A DNA stretch of 63,397 nucleotides, filler included, from Polymyxa betae A26-41 (lineage: Eukaryota > Protista > Endomyxa: Phytomyxea), in the NCBI GenBank assembly GCA_003693705.1. It is 5 parts of 5 records of this genome, joined end to end, with 100 filler letters (N's around TTAATTAATTAA, not from the genome) between each part and the next. Parts side by side here need not be neighbours in the genome. Positions count along the whole stretch, not along the records: positions 1 to 26,450 come from RBZT01000839.1; positions 26,551 to 37,118 come from RBZT01000863.1; 3 more parts are not named here. The stretch is one strand, 5' to 3'. Position 1 is the first letter of the stretch, and every line of letters begins with the position of its first letter. The position numbers and the translations under genes were made by a program. Below, one piece after another: positions 13,563 to 27,326 of this stretch. A model generated the notes under the pieces. That model was not told the origin of the DNA. It ran no database searches and saw only the letters and a list, made by a program, of their open reading frames with translations.

Positions 13563-16377
13563 ATGAATCAATCACGATTCAGGTTTATCAGATGCGAGTG
13601 TCCCAAGGGCTCGTCTGTAGCCGCCGATGTAGGGAAGCCTCCTCCAGCTTCGACATCGTCTGCAATTGCTGCCAGTGCAGAATACATTGCAGCAGCTGGA
13701 GCTAATGCAGGGAGTGTAGTACTTGTAAATACATCTTCTGTCGTCTCCACCTTTAACGCTCACACCAAGGTTACAAATATAATGGAGAAATGACAGTTGT
13801 TGATGTGTTGTAGGCCATCAGCCATCTGGGTTTCTCTCATTTCGATGACAGTCTTTTGCTGTACTGCGTTCTGGGCGATAACAACGTACATTTCGCCAAG
13901 CTTACAGAAAATAGCTTGCCTTCTACGACAAAAACCGAACTATCATCGGTGCCTGCTTTCACTAGCTGCCACCCCTCCTGTTCGAACGTTATCGTGGCTT
14001 GCGAATCCAATAATATTAATTTATTGGATTTCAATCGGTGCTCTGTGGTCAACACCCACGTTGTCGACAATGCATCGATATCTACTGCCGATTTCTCAAT
14101 CGATGGTTCTCTGCTTTCCGTTGCATGCGCTAATAGTAGCGGAATCGACGGAAGAATCGAGTTATTCGATCCAAGAAGTGGCGATTCTGATATCGCTGCA
14201 ATAGGTCTTCCAATACGACCTCATTCCATCATTAACCTAAAGAATGATTCACAATTAGTAGTTCTTGGTCAAGATCAGTTCAGGAACCCTCGGCTGGTTT
14301 GGTTCGATAAAAAAATGTCCAAATCGCCGCTGCTTTCGGAGTCATTGCAGCTCTCGGCAGGTGTTTGTGTCTCTCACTACGATTTAGATACATCTTTGCT
14401 ATATGTATCGACACGCGGATCCAGTAATATGCTGATTTTTGACGTCAGCCGTTCCGATAGGCTGAATCATCTCACGACATACTCTTCGCCAACCGCATTT
14501 CAAGCGATTGCTTCAAAACCAAAACGCTGCTTGGATGGTTGTTCATCAGAGATTGCTCGCGTTTTCCAATTGACAACAACGTCAATTGAAACGATTTCTT
14601 GCGCTGTCCCTAGAAAATCTACAGAGTTTGTACCAGATTTGTTCCCTGATGCTACTAGCACAGAGCCGTCTTTAACGTTTCAGGAATATCTTCAAGGCAA
14701 AAATGGTCTTCCTAACACAGTGAGTCTCAACCCTCAACATCAGGTATCATCATACAATAGCGGGACTCAAAATCTCTCTCAAAAGCAGCAACCACTGGAA
14801 ATCAAACATGAGGCACTTGCCCTAATGGATAGCAACAAAAGCGACAATCGCCTAAAGATCGAGTCTCGTCTGAAGAAAAACTTAGTGGCCCATGTCTCTG
14901 GTCAAGAAACCCGTTCGCTCGATTCTTTCTGGTTTGGATTAAAACCATCAGAGGTTTCTATGCCTCTTGGCTTGAATATCCTAGCGAACGAGAAGTTCAT
15001 CGTGGTGCCATGGAAATCACTTGGAGCTTCTTCAATTGGGGTTATCAGTCTTGATACAAAAGGTCGTATCGAGGCTCAGACTCCGTTACTTCGAGCTCAT
15101 GGTCAGCAAATGACCTGTTATGCTTTATCCGATCTGGATGCTGGGTTGATCGTTACCGGCTGCACCGATTCGCATATTCGTGTCTGGAGATTCGCTCCGA
15201 ATCGATTTGAGCTTGGCCAACCTGATCTCACTGAGCCCGATATTGACATTCTCACGCCTGGGAAGGTGACATTTGCATCCATAAATCCGGTGTCGCCGTC
15301 AGTTCTTGCAGTTGCTTCGCAATCAGTTAATTCTGCAATCCTGAACTTCTATGATATCACATCAAAGGAATCAAGCTTGCAGCGAAATCTCTGTATTGAT
15401 TTTCATCAGGAGCCAATCTCTGCGTTATCCTTTAGCGATGACGGCGAATTTGTCGCCACAGTGAGCAAAGACAGAATCTGCAGAATATTTGATCCAAGAA
15501 GTTCGCCGAAGGCTCCTCTGATTTCTTTTGAAATCACAGAAGGTGTTCGAGATACTCATGTCATCTGGGTTGGGCAAACCGGATGCATTCTTACCATTGG
15601 ATTTGGAAATGCTAGCGCAAGGCAATTTTCAATATGGTCGGTCTTAGATAGCAACAAAAAAACTCTGGAAGGCGGAGCTAGACTTCTAGCAACTCATACC
15701 ATCAGTCAATCCAATACCACAATGGTTAACTTTCAATTTGTAATAATTCCGTTCTCTAAATTTTGCTCAAGGTGCCGAAATACGATCACGATTTGGGACT
15801 ATTGTACGTTGCAGGAATTGGCGACCGGACCATCATGTTCTTTGGCATCGACTTAAGCAAAAGCGGAACGGAAATGATCGAACTTCTAGGCAAATTCATG
15901 TGCAGCAGCCCCATTTCGGGAATTGCATTTATGCCGAAACCGTTTTGCAATGTTGCTAATGTCGAAATCGGAAGCGCCCTCTGTCTCATGGAGGACCAAA
16001 TCAAGCCACTCTCGTTTACGGTTCCTCGAAAAAGAAAGGAATATTTCCAAGATGATTTGTTTCCAGACACGTTTATTGTCGAAGGCGGCATTTCAGCCTC
16101 AAATTGGTTCAATGGAAAGAAGTTTCAATTGTCACTGAAAAGCTTGCAGCCGCAAGGAATGGAAAAACTATCACAAGCTCCACCTGAAGCTATCACTGGA
16201 CATCAACTTCGACGCTTGGAGTTTTTAAAAGCCGAAAAACAGCAGGAAGCCCAACCCACTGTCGACCAACATATTCGAAAACAGCTGTCCAATGTAGAAA
16301 CCGCAGCGATTGTGACAAATCGTTGGGACGCCCAGCCGATTCCGGATAAAGCTGTCGCTGAAGAAGAATGGGATTAG
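13563..16377 (+). CDS. CORO7: Tandem coronin (coronin-7/POD-1-like), with introns
   Basis: N-terminal MNQSRFRF, two WD40 propeller units each ending in the coronin motif (VPRKSTEFVPDLFPD; VPRKRKEYFQDDLFPD), and an acidic tail EEEWD. Confidence 0.88.
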
Positions 16378-16512
16378 TGTTCTAGTAAATTTACGAATGT
16401 CCTTCGCCCATAATCACTGATATTTCGTTTCTGTTGTAAATATCAAGTACAGAAAGTCGGGTGCCTCCGGACGATATCTTGATCTTGATTTAGGTTTGTC
16501 TGAGATTCCTTC

Positions 16513-18618
16513 ATGACTAGTCACGAATCGTCTGAAAAACGTCAAACAACCGAGCACATCCCGTTATCTCCACGTCTTATAGAACTTGATTCTGATCATG
16601 TAAATAACGAGTCATGTTTGGCTTCAACCGGAAATCCCCATGCTCACATCAAAAATGAAACTGAAAGTTTTCGCCGGCAATCTCATGGTGGCAATTACCA
16701 AGTCCCGTCCCCATTGACAAAGCAGCGCTCGATCGCCACCGTGTTTCATCCATACGATGATAAACAGACGAAGCTACGGGCTCGGTTCAGGAAGACTATA
16801 GAATTTCCCATCAGCTCAATGATTATGATGAATTCGAATGCTCTCGCTGGTGTCAGGAAACGAATACCGGCGCTCCAGGGGCTTCATTGGCCTCATATCC
16901 GGTTTCTGAAAGATCATCCACAATGGAATCTTCATAAGCATCATCGTCATCATGCACAAGGACCGCCTCATGAAAAGACAGGATGGGCTCAGATGTCTCT
17001 CGCCAACCATGTCTTAGTTCTTAGCTGCTGCATCGCCTGGTGCGGCTACTACGTATGTCGTTCGCATGTCTCTGTTCTACTACCGATTATCAGCCAGGTG
17101 CGTTGTTTCACAACTTTCACGTCAGAACAATTCAGCGATCTTGGCGTTGGCATATAACGTTACATTTACGTTACCGAATACGTTGAACTGAGGAGATGCC
17201 AGGAGACGGGAATGTCGTTGAGTTTGTTCAGCATGGTGTTTTCGGCCGGCCTCATCACAACCGCTATCGGCAAGATCGCGAATGGGATGTTAGCAGATCG
17301 ATACGGTGGACAAATCATGTTCACGTTCTATTTGTTATTGGCAGCGTTGACCACGTTTTGTATGTCGCTATCACCGACGGTCTCTACGGTCGGATGGGCT
17401 CCAGTGTTCATCTTCTGGATCGTAATTTGGTGCCTAAATCGTTGGTTTCATTCAGGAGCATGGGGCTCCATGATTCTCCTTCTCAGTATCCAGCTGCCAC
17501 ATGGCGCGTATGGTCGCAGCCTATCCATCGTGTCGTTGGGATACAGCGGCGGCGATATGCTGGCCCGGGTCGCTTACGGCCTGATGATATCGGCCGGCAT
17601 GACCTGGAATATCGCTATCCTCATCGGAGCATCGATATCGTCATTGTGTTCGATTCCATCGGTGTTAATTTGGACAAAGTCGATTCGAAAGACGAGCGGT
17701 TTTGGGACGGCCCCACCGCCGGATGCTAAGCCAAAGGCGACGGAAAAGCCTGCTGGCAATGCAATGACAACGATCGAGATTGTTCGAGCTCTGCTTCGCA
17801 ATCGCCCATTCGTTGTGATGACGATTTCATATTCAGTGATGGCTGTGCTACGTGAAATGGTATTCACATGGACGACAGTTTTTCTGGTGGAAGTTGTCGG
17901 TGCTACAAGCGGGATGGCGTCCACTATCTCATTGTTCATTCCGCTCTGTATGGTGGGATCAGCCAATATCACCGGTTATGTTGCCGATCATGTCGAAGGC
18001 GCCCGTCGCGTCCGATGGCTGCAATTCATACCGGTAACATGAACGTGATTCCATCTGTGTAAAGTGATATTAAAAGCGTGTAGACAGTTATCGTAACGAC
18101 AACCAGCGTGACGCTCACGGTTCTCATGACGATTTACCGAGAATCAGCGCCAGCGTCGCTCGTGGTCATCCTTCTAATTGCAACATGTTTCTTCGGCGAA
18201 CTTCATAATACTTTCATTGAAGGGTTTCAGGTGATCGGCTGCTCATATCCGTCTGACGCACGGCCTGATCATTGAACAGTTCGTGGCGTTGTCAGCGTCG
18301 GTTAATCGGCCGGCAACTGTCTCTGGGCTCGTTGCCTTCTGTAGCAATTTCGGTTCAACTGCATGCTCGTTGTCGGTGGGCTTCATCATGGGTGTGAGAG
18401 CCGACGTCAGAGGCGCTTGGATAACCATCTTTTACATCATGAGCACATGTGCTGCAATAGCCGCCATCGCCAGCTTCACATCGTTACGCATGGCCAGGTC
18501 CCTCGATACTAGAAGGAAAGGAGCGACACCGCCGATCGAAGATGACGCCAAGCGAAACAACCTCAAGGAGTTAAGTAGTGACTCGATGGCAGCAGCTTCA
18601 ACTGTGATACAATCTTGA
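16513..18618 (+). CDS. MFS transporter (OPA/SLC37-like), multi-exon
   Basis: MFS motif A-like GKIANGMLADRYGG and GYVADH, with many transmembrane helices over three ORF pieces separated by GT-AG introns. Confidence 0.85.
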
Positions 18619-18779
18619 TACCAATGCGATGTTAGAAGATAGACAACCTTCGTCAAATGAAACGCTGACATTTGGAGGGTTATACAATACATAAATTGAA
18701 GCTATTTATTGATCAGCTTACTAGATCCGTTAGCGATTCTTCACAGCAAGCACAACAAAGGAAGTACGATGGGGACGAA

Positions 18780-21700
18780 TCAGGAACTTGTATTATGCGA
18801 TATCGCTGAAATCACCGATACACGCGTTGTGGAACGTACGCGTACCTTGCGCCTGTCGCGAATGCTCATTTTACGGTATTCGACGTGCGACTGCCGAGTC
18901 AGTTCTGATAACTCAACATTAGAGAGAAACAGGCTGAAGAAGGGCCTAGGGAAAGTGGTCTTGAACTCTTTTTCGATTTCGGCTGAGTCGATGCCCGACT
19001 CCCCCTATGATTAAATCAGTCTTTCTGACAACATTTTCTCACTACAAAACCTGAATAATCTTTCTAGCCTTGTCCATGGTGCTGTCTTTAGATTGCTTTT
19101 CGAGAAACCACTGATGGCGTTGTAACCTCCATTGGCGAAGTTTTCTAAAGATATTTAGATGAATGAAAAAACACCATTCTGTTTGCTGAAAACAGCGTTG
19201 GAAAGAAGTAGAACTGCTTCATTGATTAAAAGAAGATAAAAAGAGATCACCTCCAGTGTTCATGACGTCTTTGTGTAAGAAACCCTCTTAAAACTGCAAT
19301 TTTGGATTGATTCTGATTCAGGCGACGGAGCGGTGCACCGTTGGAGTTATCGTCGACGCTCAAGATGCGAGCAACAAGACGTTGGTGCAATCCACCACGA
19401 AACATTCGCATGCTAGTGGAGACGATTGCGGATTCTAAGGAAAGATCTGGGCCACTTCGATCACCCGACCTGCACGAACAAGCTATTAAAATCATCGAAG
19501 AATGCTTGCATGAGCACAGACTTGGATCGAGCTTTGTTTGTCGACTCATAACGATTCCACTGAATCAACATAGCAGAAATCTGGTGCTCCATTTTGACGA
19601 GCTGATTCAGCCAAAACCGTTGCAGAGTGGCAACCGTTTTCCGGAAATTCCGAACTATGGAAACAGCATAGCTCTACAAAACAAATCAGCAAACGCCGAC
19701 GGTTGCTTACAAACAGTCTTCTCACCCTTGCAATGACTTCAGTTTCTGTAAAAAACTGTTTGATCAAGACGATGCTACGTTGACTGCGTTTCAGTTGCAA
19801 GTGATGCTTGAAGGCGCGCGCATATTTCCGAAGCGTCATTATCAGATTCGTTCGTCGATTTAGAATGCATTCATTGATTTCCGCCCATTTCTACGGCAAG
19901 CATTGAGAACTGACTAATGTGGCACCAAAAAAAAAGTTGGGTGGATCAAAAACGTATTCAGAGATTCGATCACGAAACAAAGGTGAAGCGATCCATACGC
20001 GATATTCTTGCAAAGTGGTCCTAATGCGTCCACAGAATGCACCCTGAACCAGAATGACAAGCCAATGCCATCGGAACATTTTGCGCTGAAGTGAGAATCA
20101 ACTAAAGGATCCACAGCTTAAAATAGGATAGAATACGTTGAATCGATCGGCTTGGCGCTCTGCAATTCTCGCAGAGACATTCTGCTGATAGCGACATCGG
20201 ACCATGATTTCCTCGTAATGCTGCAAATGGTATCAGAATGGTAATGAGACTGGTTTGTTTTTTGCAGTCATGGTAAGATAGAATGGTAAAAAAGAATAAA
20301 AACTAAGGATGCAGAACCTGTCCATAGTTATAATTGTTGAAAATCAGAATTAAGGAGCGAGCAGCTTAAGTGTGACAGTAAATTCCAGCCATTAAAACAA
20401 AACAATTTGACAGATCAACTACTGAACGGCGAGATAAGCAGAAGATTTGGTGCAAAGGGAGCCAAAAAAATACTAGACCGACTTTCTTGTTTCGGGCACA
20501 TTTTTCTTTGGCAATCCGGATACGCTGCTCTTTGGTTAAGATCTTTAAATTGGACCCGATAAAGTCTTTATTCGGGACACTGGGCTTCACCTGGCCCCGT
20601 TTTTCATCTTTTCGCTCTCGGTTTGTATCCTGTTTGACACTGATTCAGAAAACCCAGTCTCATTTTTATGCTCTGCAGCGAAATGACACAGCACAGCAAA
20701 AGAGAATGTAAACAGCATGTTTCGATGATAACAATAATGAAGGAACAGAAAACGTAATGCAAAGGCGTCGCCACAAATTTACAAACATCATGGGGATATA
20801 TGTAGTCAAGACGGCGATCGTCAACCGGAAATGTGAACCCTCTTTCGTTGAATATATGAGCGAATTCGAGATTATAAGCGCCAGGGCCAGCAGTGTTGGT
20901 AGGTATTTGATCGGAAACGATCAACTTCCTTGGGCTCATGGTCAGATATTTCGGCGCCTGGACGTTCAGAGTCATCGGTTTGGGCGAGTACGTCCCAGGA
21001 CCCTGTTATCAACGCTGTTCAATAGACAGAAAAAAAGCATCCAGCATGGTCAAATTACAGGAATGTCTTCATCGCAGCGTCTCTGCTGATCCCGGGTCGT
21101 GATTCGGTCAAATCTGGGGATGTACGACGGCGCTTTCGGCAATGGTAGAATGTCGTAAGTTCCTGGACCTGGAACAAGCAATCAATTTTGATGATAATAA
21201 AGAAGTTAGGAAGCTCAAACGAACGAACCGAGGTCGGTGCGGTTATTTCTGCTGATAACGGGATCGCGTCCTGGCACATCGTCCATGGCAAGGACATTAC
21301 TGGTCGAGTTCGCATCCGGAAACCGAAGTCGAGGCGAATATGTTCCCGGGCCTGGCTCCAGCTTCACTGAGACATATTGTACAGGTGGACGGCGCGGCGA
21401 GATACTTGCAGAAATCTTCAAAACTTTTCAGGCAGTTGAACATAAATTGAACAGAAACTTGAGTTAAGCATACAAAAATCGTTCTGGAGACATTAAAATT
21501 TGCAAATTGAACTCAGGAGCCGGCAGCCCGGAGAAATAGATTTTGAAATTTGTAAATTTCTAAAATACTTTCGCAAGGTGGAAAAACAGTCTGGTGAATG
21601 AGATTACCGAATCAGAGCGTCGTGCCAAATTGAAGGAGCGAGAGCAGTCAACAGGATCTCTTGCGCTTTCAGGAGCCATATCATTAAATCTGGCTGAAAA

Positions 21701-21979
21701 TGCAAAGCATGGTCCTTTCGACGAAATCACCAGAGGAGCCAAGTGGGGTGCCTTTCCACTATCGAAATCATCATCATCAACAATATGATGGTAGTCATGG
21801 ACGAATTGCTGATAATAATAGTTGAGGCGTGTCAAAGCCAAACTCGTGAATTGATCGTAAGGCTGGCGCCGAAGACGACGCGATTTCGAAGCCCCCAGAT
21901 GCATATCGGCCGACTCCGAGAGGACATCATCGTCGATGGCCTCGATTGTCGATAGCTTGCGGGACCTCATGGGCTGCAT
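18780..21979 (-). CDS. Multi-exon protein with STPG/SHIPPO-like PGPG.Y repeats (flagellar-type). May be one or two genes.
   Basis: EPGPGTYSP, PGPGTYD, GPGTYSP and AGPGAYN repeats at 20870-21360, with further coding-like exons down to 18780. Confidence 0.6.
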
Positions 21980-22369
21980 TAAACTAGTCAATGTACCTCA
22001 CGATCCGAGCATTGACTGCAACATCTGGTCTGGCATCTGCTCAGACACCAGACCGACCATGAAGAAAGATCATCCATTCTGAATGCAGAAGAAGGTTGCG
22101 TAATGAAACGAGGTTGCTCCAACTACAGTATCACACTACCGGTAAATAGAACATTGAAAATCACTACAAATAAGGATGTATTGTCATGCTGCCAACCTAG
22201 TCCATTCGAATAGCTCAGAGCAATTCGTTGCAGAAATTAGACTGAGTTTCAAGGCGTATTTCTGTTCTGACTGTCAGATGTCGTGACTCCCAGTCCGGCC
22301 CAGTACGAGGTGGCCATCGACGATGCTGAGTCACGACATCCCCGGCGTTCGTAGCGAGATTGTGTCTGG

Positions 22370-22592
22370 TAAATCGCGAAGTCAGATTCCACTGATGTTG
22401 TTCTGAAAAATGAAGTGGCGAGACCACCCAAAACCTCAACGAGGTCTGGGAATCGCTCCTTGAGCCCAGGCAAAGACCATGCTTCGTTAAAATCCGCATT
22501 GTCTGACAACTTCGAGATTGCAGACTTCAAACGAGGTTCGCATTCATTACTGGCAATGAGACGTTTGTATTGCTCAACAACTCGATCGTTGT
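22370..22592 (-). pseudogene. hAT transposase C-terminal fragment
   Basis: DRVVEQYKRLI..EPRL..DFNEAWSLPGLKERFPDLVEVLGGLA..VESDF aligns with the hAT ORF at 61725-62282. Confidence 0.85.
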
Positions 22593-23530
22593 ACGATAGG
22601 ACTTCCTCAATCCAACTGGCTAGTAACGGAGAGACTTCTTTTTGAGTGAAAACAAAAGATAAAGCTTGATGATCACAGAATAACATGAAATGCCCCCAAT
22701 TTAATAATGAAAGCCTGAGAGCAAATATTGCAGCTAGCAATTCCTTTTCTGAAGCAGAATAGTTACGCTCCGATGATTGTAGAGCACGAGCAGCGAACAA
22801 ATTACCGGTTTTACGTGAAGTCTTCCTGGGTTCCGTTCTGCAGTTGATACAGGGCGTCACCTATACCAGCATCGGAGGTGAGTAGCAACATGAAACGCGC
22901 GATCAAAATCGGGAAAGTGGAGGAGCATCCCTGCTCGAAGTATTGCCTTGAAGGCTTTAAACGCTTGTCGGCGTTCAGCTGTCCAGACCGAGTCGTCATA
23001 CGGGGTACTTTTTGCAGCGACTCTAATGGGGCTACTAGATCTAGAGTAGAGTAGCAGGGCATGAAATCTCGGAAGTAGTTGATAAGCCCAAATACTTTTC
23101 GTTGCCGGTCTGTGGTAACGGCCAGGCTTCCACATCCACAAGTTTGCGGCGGTCGATCGTGGTGCCTTCAGCAGAGAAAGTATGTCCTAACAGATGAAGT
23201 GATCGCGTAAAGAGATGCGATTTTGAAATTCACAAGCAGATCAACAGCAGTAAGGCGATCGAGGGTGTCGATCAGATCTTCTACCCTGCTCTATCGGAGT
23301 ACTTGCGGACCGGACCGAGCTGTCGTCCAGAAAGGCGATAGCGCCGCGCGAACCCTCGAGAACACGACGCATGGTTCGCTGGAGAACTGGCGTGGTCGGG
23401 ATGAGCCCGAATATGAGATCCCAGCGAACATAAGATGGCGGCCAGACCAGGTAAATTCTAACTTTTGACGGTCCGGTTCGTTAATGGGAAGCTGCAGGAA
23501 CTATTGCTCTAAGTCCATGCCCCATGGCGC
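22593..23530 (-). mobile_element. Degenerate Ty3/Gypsy RT-RNase H fragment
   Basis: FTWSGRHLMF, FLDD, LFAARALQSSERNYSASEKELLA and CDHQALSF. Frameshifted. Same family as the element at 28953-34292. Confidence 0.9.
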
Positions 23531-23899
23531 TGAAGACTGAGTTGCCGGAAATCTCGGAAACTACCAGGTAGTACCGTAATACCGTCACGGACATCTACCG
23601 GTAGACTGTCATACGATTTGGTAGATGTTGCGAACTAAATGTGAAACTGCGTACGCAAATTTAAATGGGCGAGACAGCGCAGTAAAAAGTGCGCGTGCAA
23701 AAAATGCAATTTGTTACTGTACCGGTATTCTATTTTCTAAATCAGGAGTCGCTGTTCCACCAAGGCGGAATTGTCAGATGACTATAAAAATTTTCTTACT
23801 GCACGTTCAAGGTCTTTCACCGATAAGAACTCACCGTTTTTCTCGCGATGTGATCTGTTTTCATGTCAGCGCCTGAAAAAGTTTGAGGACAAGCAACTA

Positions 23900-24260
23900 T
23901 AGTGACTCACCGGAAACATCTTCTAGCAAATCGTCCGATTTGTGCAAGAGATTCAGAAGAAAGAGCTTTGGGGATCTTGCGGGTCAAACTGGAAAAAGAA
24001 TAATCGCAATGTGCACGGGTAAAACGTTTGGCGGCGCCCCAAAACATTTTGATGTGGTTGAATTCACAATGAAACTTTGGAAAAAAAGCAATCAAGAAAC
24101 CATTAAAAGATGATACAGATCCCTGCAAGCCATGCCAAGAACATGCAGTAAAAACGCACGGAGTTTCATACTTTTCTGACTCCGCACTTTTCGCATCACA
24201 GTCGCGCATTTGTATTTTCCACGCAGAAATATAAAGTGCGTCTTTATGGTGCATTCTGAC
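23900..24260 (-). pseudogene. IS630/Tc1-like DDE transposase C-terminal relic
   Basis: [31 protein letters not shown] matches the PKFHCELNxIE.YWG motif. Confidence 0.8.
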
Positions 24261-25181
24261 TGTGCCCCTTACAAATACCCCTCCGTTGATATTTCAATAA
24301 ATTTTGAAATCGAGGGCCGTTGTTTTATTCCTTCCGTCGAGATCTATCGAATAACGACTTTAGTTTCAGCAATGGTATGTCGAACCGTTTGCTGAATCGT
24401 TTGTCCAGCATGTCATCGAGAATTATCTTCCCACAGATTCGTCTGAAGGTATGCTCTTGCTGTCAGTGATTTTTTTCAGCAAACTCATTGACTTGAATTT
24501 CTAGATGATATGGTTGAACTCAGCTATTCCCATCCCAATGACCCGGTTAACGTTATAGTTCCTGAATTGTTATGCGACATGATATTAAACAAGCTGTGAA
24601 AGATCAGACATTGATCGTCGCACACGGTGAAAATTCCGTGCTAAAAGAGATCGACTCCGACCACCAATACAGCACCTGAACCAAACTTCGTCGATCACAT
24701 TGGCTGGAGTCCTGTTCTTTGCCCGGCCGACGAAGATATGGGAGGTCCTGTAACGGGCACTGCGAGGACCGTGACGCCACGGGGTTGCGCCGTCCCCGCC
24801 TTTCCCTCTGCGTCGGAGTCACGTACTGGGCCGACTCGGCGTTCCTGCCGGGCCTCGACCTGAGGATCATCCCAGCTTTTGAATTCATTCTCATAAAGAG
24901 TTCTTTAGTGTTGAACTGCAATTTATTAACGTCTGCACGCAAGCTTACCCGCTTACAGTCCCGCAAGTTACAGCGTGAATGGCAATTGCGATATGTCCAT
25001 GGCTGCATGTAATAGTACAGCCTCGATTCTTGTTATTATTATTATTTCTTTTCATCATTTTCTTTCATATTATCTTCCGGTCACAGGTTGTACCAGCAGG
25101 TACACTTTGGATCAATTATCTTCCTAATTCGCCTCCTTTTCGCGTCTTCGCTTAATCGGCATTCGAACTGCCTTCCTCTTT

Positions 25182-25539
25182 ACAAGTGATATTATTGAAA
25201 AAAATCCCAAAAATATCACGTTATAGGGTCTTATCTTCGGGATTATCAACGTCGCAAGCGGGAACAAGCCAAGCTGGATGCTCAGGAACTTGTTGATCTT
25301 CGTGTCCGTGTTTGCGAGCTTGAGATTGCACTTCGCACTGCCAATGACAAGGTTGCCGCATTGAAGGAGGAGGTTGCCAGTTCCGATGATGTTCTCGATT
25401 ACTGGAAGCGTATGTACAATTCTGTTGTTGAACAAGGCGCTGCTCCAGTTGATCCTGAACCTCCCAGGCGGTCTGGTCGTCACGTTATAAGACCCTATAA
25501 CGTGATATTTTTGGGATTTTTTTCAATAATATCACTTGT
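25182..25539. repeat. Perfect 53-bp inverted repeat (25182-25234 / 25487-25539) around a 252-bp spacer
   Basis: acaagtgatattattgaaaaaaatcccaaaaatatcacgttatagggtcttat and its exact reverse complement. Confidence 0.92.
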
Positions 25540-26342
25540 CTCTTTGATTTCACTTCCGTGTGAAGATCTTGGATTCCCTCTTCCACCCGGGATTCCTCAC
25601 ACTGCAAATGAAAGCGAAGAACTTCCCTTACAGGTTAAGTCCAGCTAAATGTCAATTGTAAACCTAATTCCTATATTGTAGGCTAATGTTAGTTCACTCG
25701 CACAAACTGTCGCGTTTGTCGGGAATCCCGGTCCTGAAGATTCTGATATCCAGCTGCCGGAAAGAACGTCACTTACACAGCCTCAGGAGTCTTCGGATTT
25801 TGTCGCTGTCGAGAAATTTGCCTCCGCTACTGCATCAACAGCTCCGCCATTGGCTGAAACCAATTGGAACGCACGCGAACTTTTCGTTTTAAAAATACTG
25901 CAAAAACGGCGATCAGAGCACAACCGGTGTCCCGTTTGGCACGGCATCTTTCTGTGGTTTTCGACAACAAATATCGGCGATACGATGCTTTAACAGTTCA
26001 GCAACTCTTGAAACCATCTGTCATGCCGCGAGCATGCATTGGCGAAAGCGAGGCAGAGAACGGTACAGCTTTTTTTGAATGGCTGCTAAATCTCAACAAT
26101 CCCTTAGATGCAGTAAAGATAATAGAAGATCCTGGATACATTTTTGAGCTTCAAGCGCAATTTGAAGCTCGGGTTTTTATCTCCTACGAGTCCAAGGTGT
26201 TGACCTCTTGGACTGCTCAACAAAACCCTGCCAACAGTACTTGGTGGCTCAAGCGCTTTCATGACTGTCTAAGACTATACAGCATTTATGTCATTGTGCG
26301 CCCCGTTCAAAGATCCGAGGTCTGTGCTGTGCTCACTTTGTG

Positions 26343-26450
26343 TGTATCAACTTATATTTTCTCCTAATGAAGTAATAAATACTGCGACACTGCGCACTAT
26401 TTAAACCACATTGCGATACTACGCAAATGGTAACATAAGGGTTTCAAGTC
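26343..26450 (+). repeat. Partial copy of the ~286-bp dispersed repeat, truncated by a gap
   Basis: Near-identical to 28783-28890. Confidence 0.9.
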
Positions 26451-26550
26451 NNNNNNNNNNNNNNNNNNNNNNNNNNNNNNNNNNNNNNNNNNNNTTAATT
26501 AATTAANNNNNNNNNNNNNNNNNNNNNNNNNNNNNNNNNNNNNNNNNNNN
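26451..26550. other. Artificial contig linker (N..TTAATTAATTAA..N)
   Basis: N run containing a six-frame stop linker. Confidence 0.99.
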
Positions 26551-26810
26551 AATTGGTCAATTTAAGGAATCCCAAATTTGAAGGGGATTTACGCGTGGAC
26601 AGTGGCTTCGTGGGGGTGACAACTCTGGGCCCATCACCGCGACAATTAAAGCTTGTTCTAAGTAGAATTTAATCCGTGGCATTTAATTGCGCCATTTTAA
26701 ATCTGTCCCAAGTAATAAAGAGCTTCTGACCAGTCAGATTGCAGCGCTTATTAATAAAATTTCCGCAAGGTTTTAGGGTTGCTACTGCTGTCGATATCAT
26801 CTCCATCGAA

Positions 26811-27326
26811 ATGTCTGGTGACGACCTGAACGACTCTGAAATAACAGCTATTCTCGCCGATGACTCAAGACTGCAGACCATTCCTCGGGTTTTCTTTCCT
26901 CCAGTAGTTTCTGATGCGGTGCCATTAGAAACTCCAAAAAAACGTCGTGGGAGACCTTCTTTGAAGCCAAATAATGGAGAAAATGAAGCCAGCTGGACGG
27001 CGGAAATGATCGAAATTCTTTTGGAACAGAAGGCAGTGTTTGCCCGCATGTTCGCCGAAGCTCGTAATAATAACGCTGTCCAAGCGGGCTGGTCTCGTGT
27101 GACATTGTCGGTTAATACCTTATATCAGTCAAATTTTCTGATAAACAGATCAAAGACAAATATGCAAATCTCAGAACAATATATCGAAAATTATATTCAT
27201 TTTTATATTCAGAGTATATCTGCGAAGAGAATGAATTTATCATTGCAACGCGTGTTTGTGAATTGCCACCTTAGGCCATATTTCTTTTGGGATGACCTGT
27301 GTTCCAGCTTTCTTGCGGCCATTTGA
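26811..27326 (+). pseudogene. Myb/SANT-like DNA-binding protein (PIF/Harbinger-associated type), degenerate
   Basis: KKRRGRP AT-hook-like motif followed by SWTAEMIEILLE..GWSRVTLSVN. Frameshifted downstream. Confidence 0.6.

Noticed and set aside
24604-25020. Possible LTR plus gag start on the minus strand
   Set aside because: No second LTR or diagnostic motif, so support is too weak.
26495-26506. TTAATTAATTAA palindrome repeated four times in the window
   Set aside because: Always centred in N runs. It is an artificial contig linker.
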